DNA of 64,000 nt, from NCBI GenBank assembly GCA_051013385.1, contig CP143273.1:832001-896000 (forward strand), in the 5' to 3' direction. This document shows, piece after piece, positions 63,413 to 64,000 of this stretch; position 1 is the stretch's first letter; each line of letters starts with the position of its first letter. This DNA comes from Phormidium sp. (lineage in GTDB: Bacteria; Cyanobacteriota; Cyanobacteriia; Cyanobacteriales; Aerosakkonemataceae). A program made the position numbers and the translations under genes. The notes beneath the pieces were generated by a model. The model worked only from the letters and a program-made list of their open reading frames with translations. It was not told the DNA's origin and did not search any database.

Positions 63413-64000
63413 TTATGCTTCGTCTAAAGCAACAATTCCGGGAAGTTCCTTACCTTCCAACAATTCCAAACTTGCGCCACCACCAGTAGAAATGTGACTC
63501 ATTTGATCTGCTACACCGACTTTTTCGACAGCAGCTACGGAGTCACCACCACCGATAATGGTAACAGCATCTTTCTTTTCTGCTAGAGTGTTAGCGATCG
63601 CTTCCGTACCCACAGCGAACTTATCAAATTCAAACACACCCATTGGGCCATTCCAAATTACAGTTTGGCAATCTGCAAGGGCTTCTTGGAAGAACTTCAC
63701 AGAATCAGGGCCAATATCCAAACCCATCCAACCATCGGGAATGCTTTCAATGCTAACAGTTTGAGAATCAGCATCAGCAGCGAATTTGTCTGCAACTACC
63801 ACATCAGTTGGTAACAGCAATTGTACGCCCTTTTCTTTCGCTTTTGCTTCTAAAGATTTGGCTAATTCCAACTTATCTTCTTCCACCAAAGACTTACCAA
63901 CACTCAAACCACGCGCTTTGTAGAAAGTGAAAATCATGCCACCGCCGATGAACAGCTTGTCGCATTTTTCCAACAACTTTTCAATTACGCCAATTTTGCT
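63413..64000 (-). CDS. pgk: Phosphoglycerate kinase (3' part; begins beyond the window)
   Basis: [27 protein letters not shown] and [16 protein letters not shown]. Confidence 0.97.
   Translation of the reverse strand, partial: SKIGVIEKLLEKCDKLFIGGGMIFTFYKARGLSVGKSLVEEDKLELAKSLEAKAKEKGVQLLLPTDVVVADKFAADADSQTVSIESIPDGWMGLDIGPDSVKFFQEALADCQTVIWNGPMGVFEFDKFAVGTEAIANTLAEKKDAVTIIGGGDSVAAVEKVGVADQMSHISTGGGASLELLEGKELPGIVALDEA

Overview
A 64-kb chromosomal window from a filamentous-type cyanobacterium. Evidence for this is abundant HIP1 GCGATCGC sites, STRR 7/8-mer tandem repeats, raf1, a ycf37-like gene, a COP23-domain gene and a cyanobacterial rrn operon. The housekeeping backbone includes menG, raf1, a UvrD-like helicase, a desaturase, rbp, rpsU, ppgK, rpmI-rplT, a complete 16S-Ile-Ala-23S-5S operon on the minus strand, lysC and pgk. 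Accessory content is as follows. (1) An AT-rich island at 31778-35442 has an HTH-STAND ATPase gene divergent from a 4-gene operon: a GTPase, two paralogous glycine-rich helical proteins and a Zn-ribbon protein. All four products carry the same ~20-aa helical motif, and this is the best candidate for an undescribed system. (2) A second island of the same layout at 44037-47164 has a related HTH regulator, phased promoter repeats and an unknown operon. (3) A tandem array of three Rpn/DUF4351 genes has internal GGAGG-ATG starts and is interleaved with a duplicated immunity-like gene, an orphan toxin-tip fragment and five HIP1-bounded ~55-bp repeats. (4) A split triuret/biuret catabolic gene set comprises TrtA-like, BiuH-like and allophanate-hydrolase C-domain genes plus a BMP-type ABC transporter. 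(5) A TetR-dead-integrase fusion has twin operators facing a desaturase. (6) A TPR-CHAT plus TA block is flanked by 41-bp inverted repeats. There are also several small palindromic elements inserted inside coding sequences. No CRISPR array was seen. All family assignments come from motif recognition by eye; no database searches were run.
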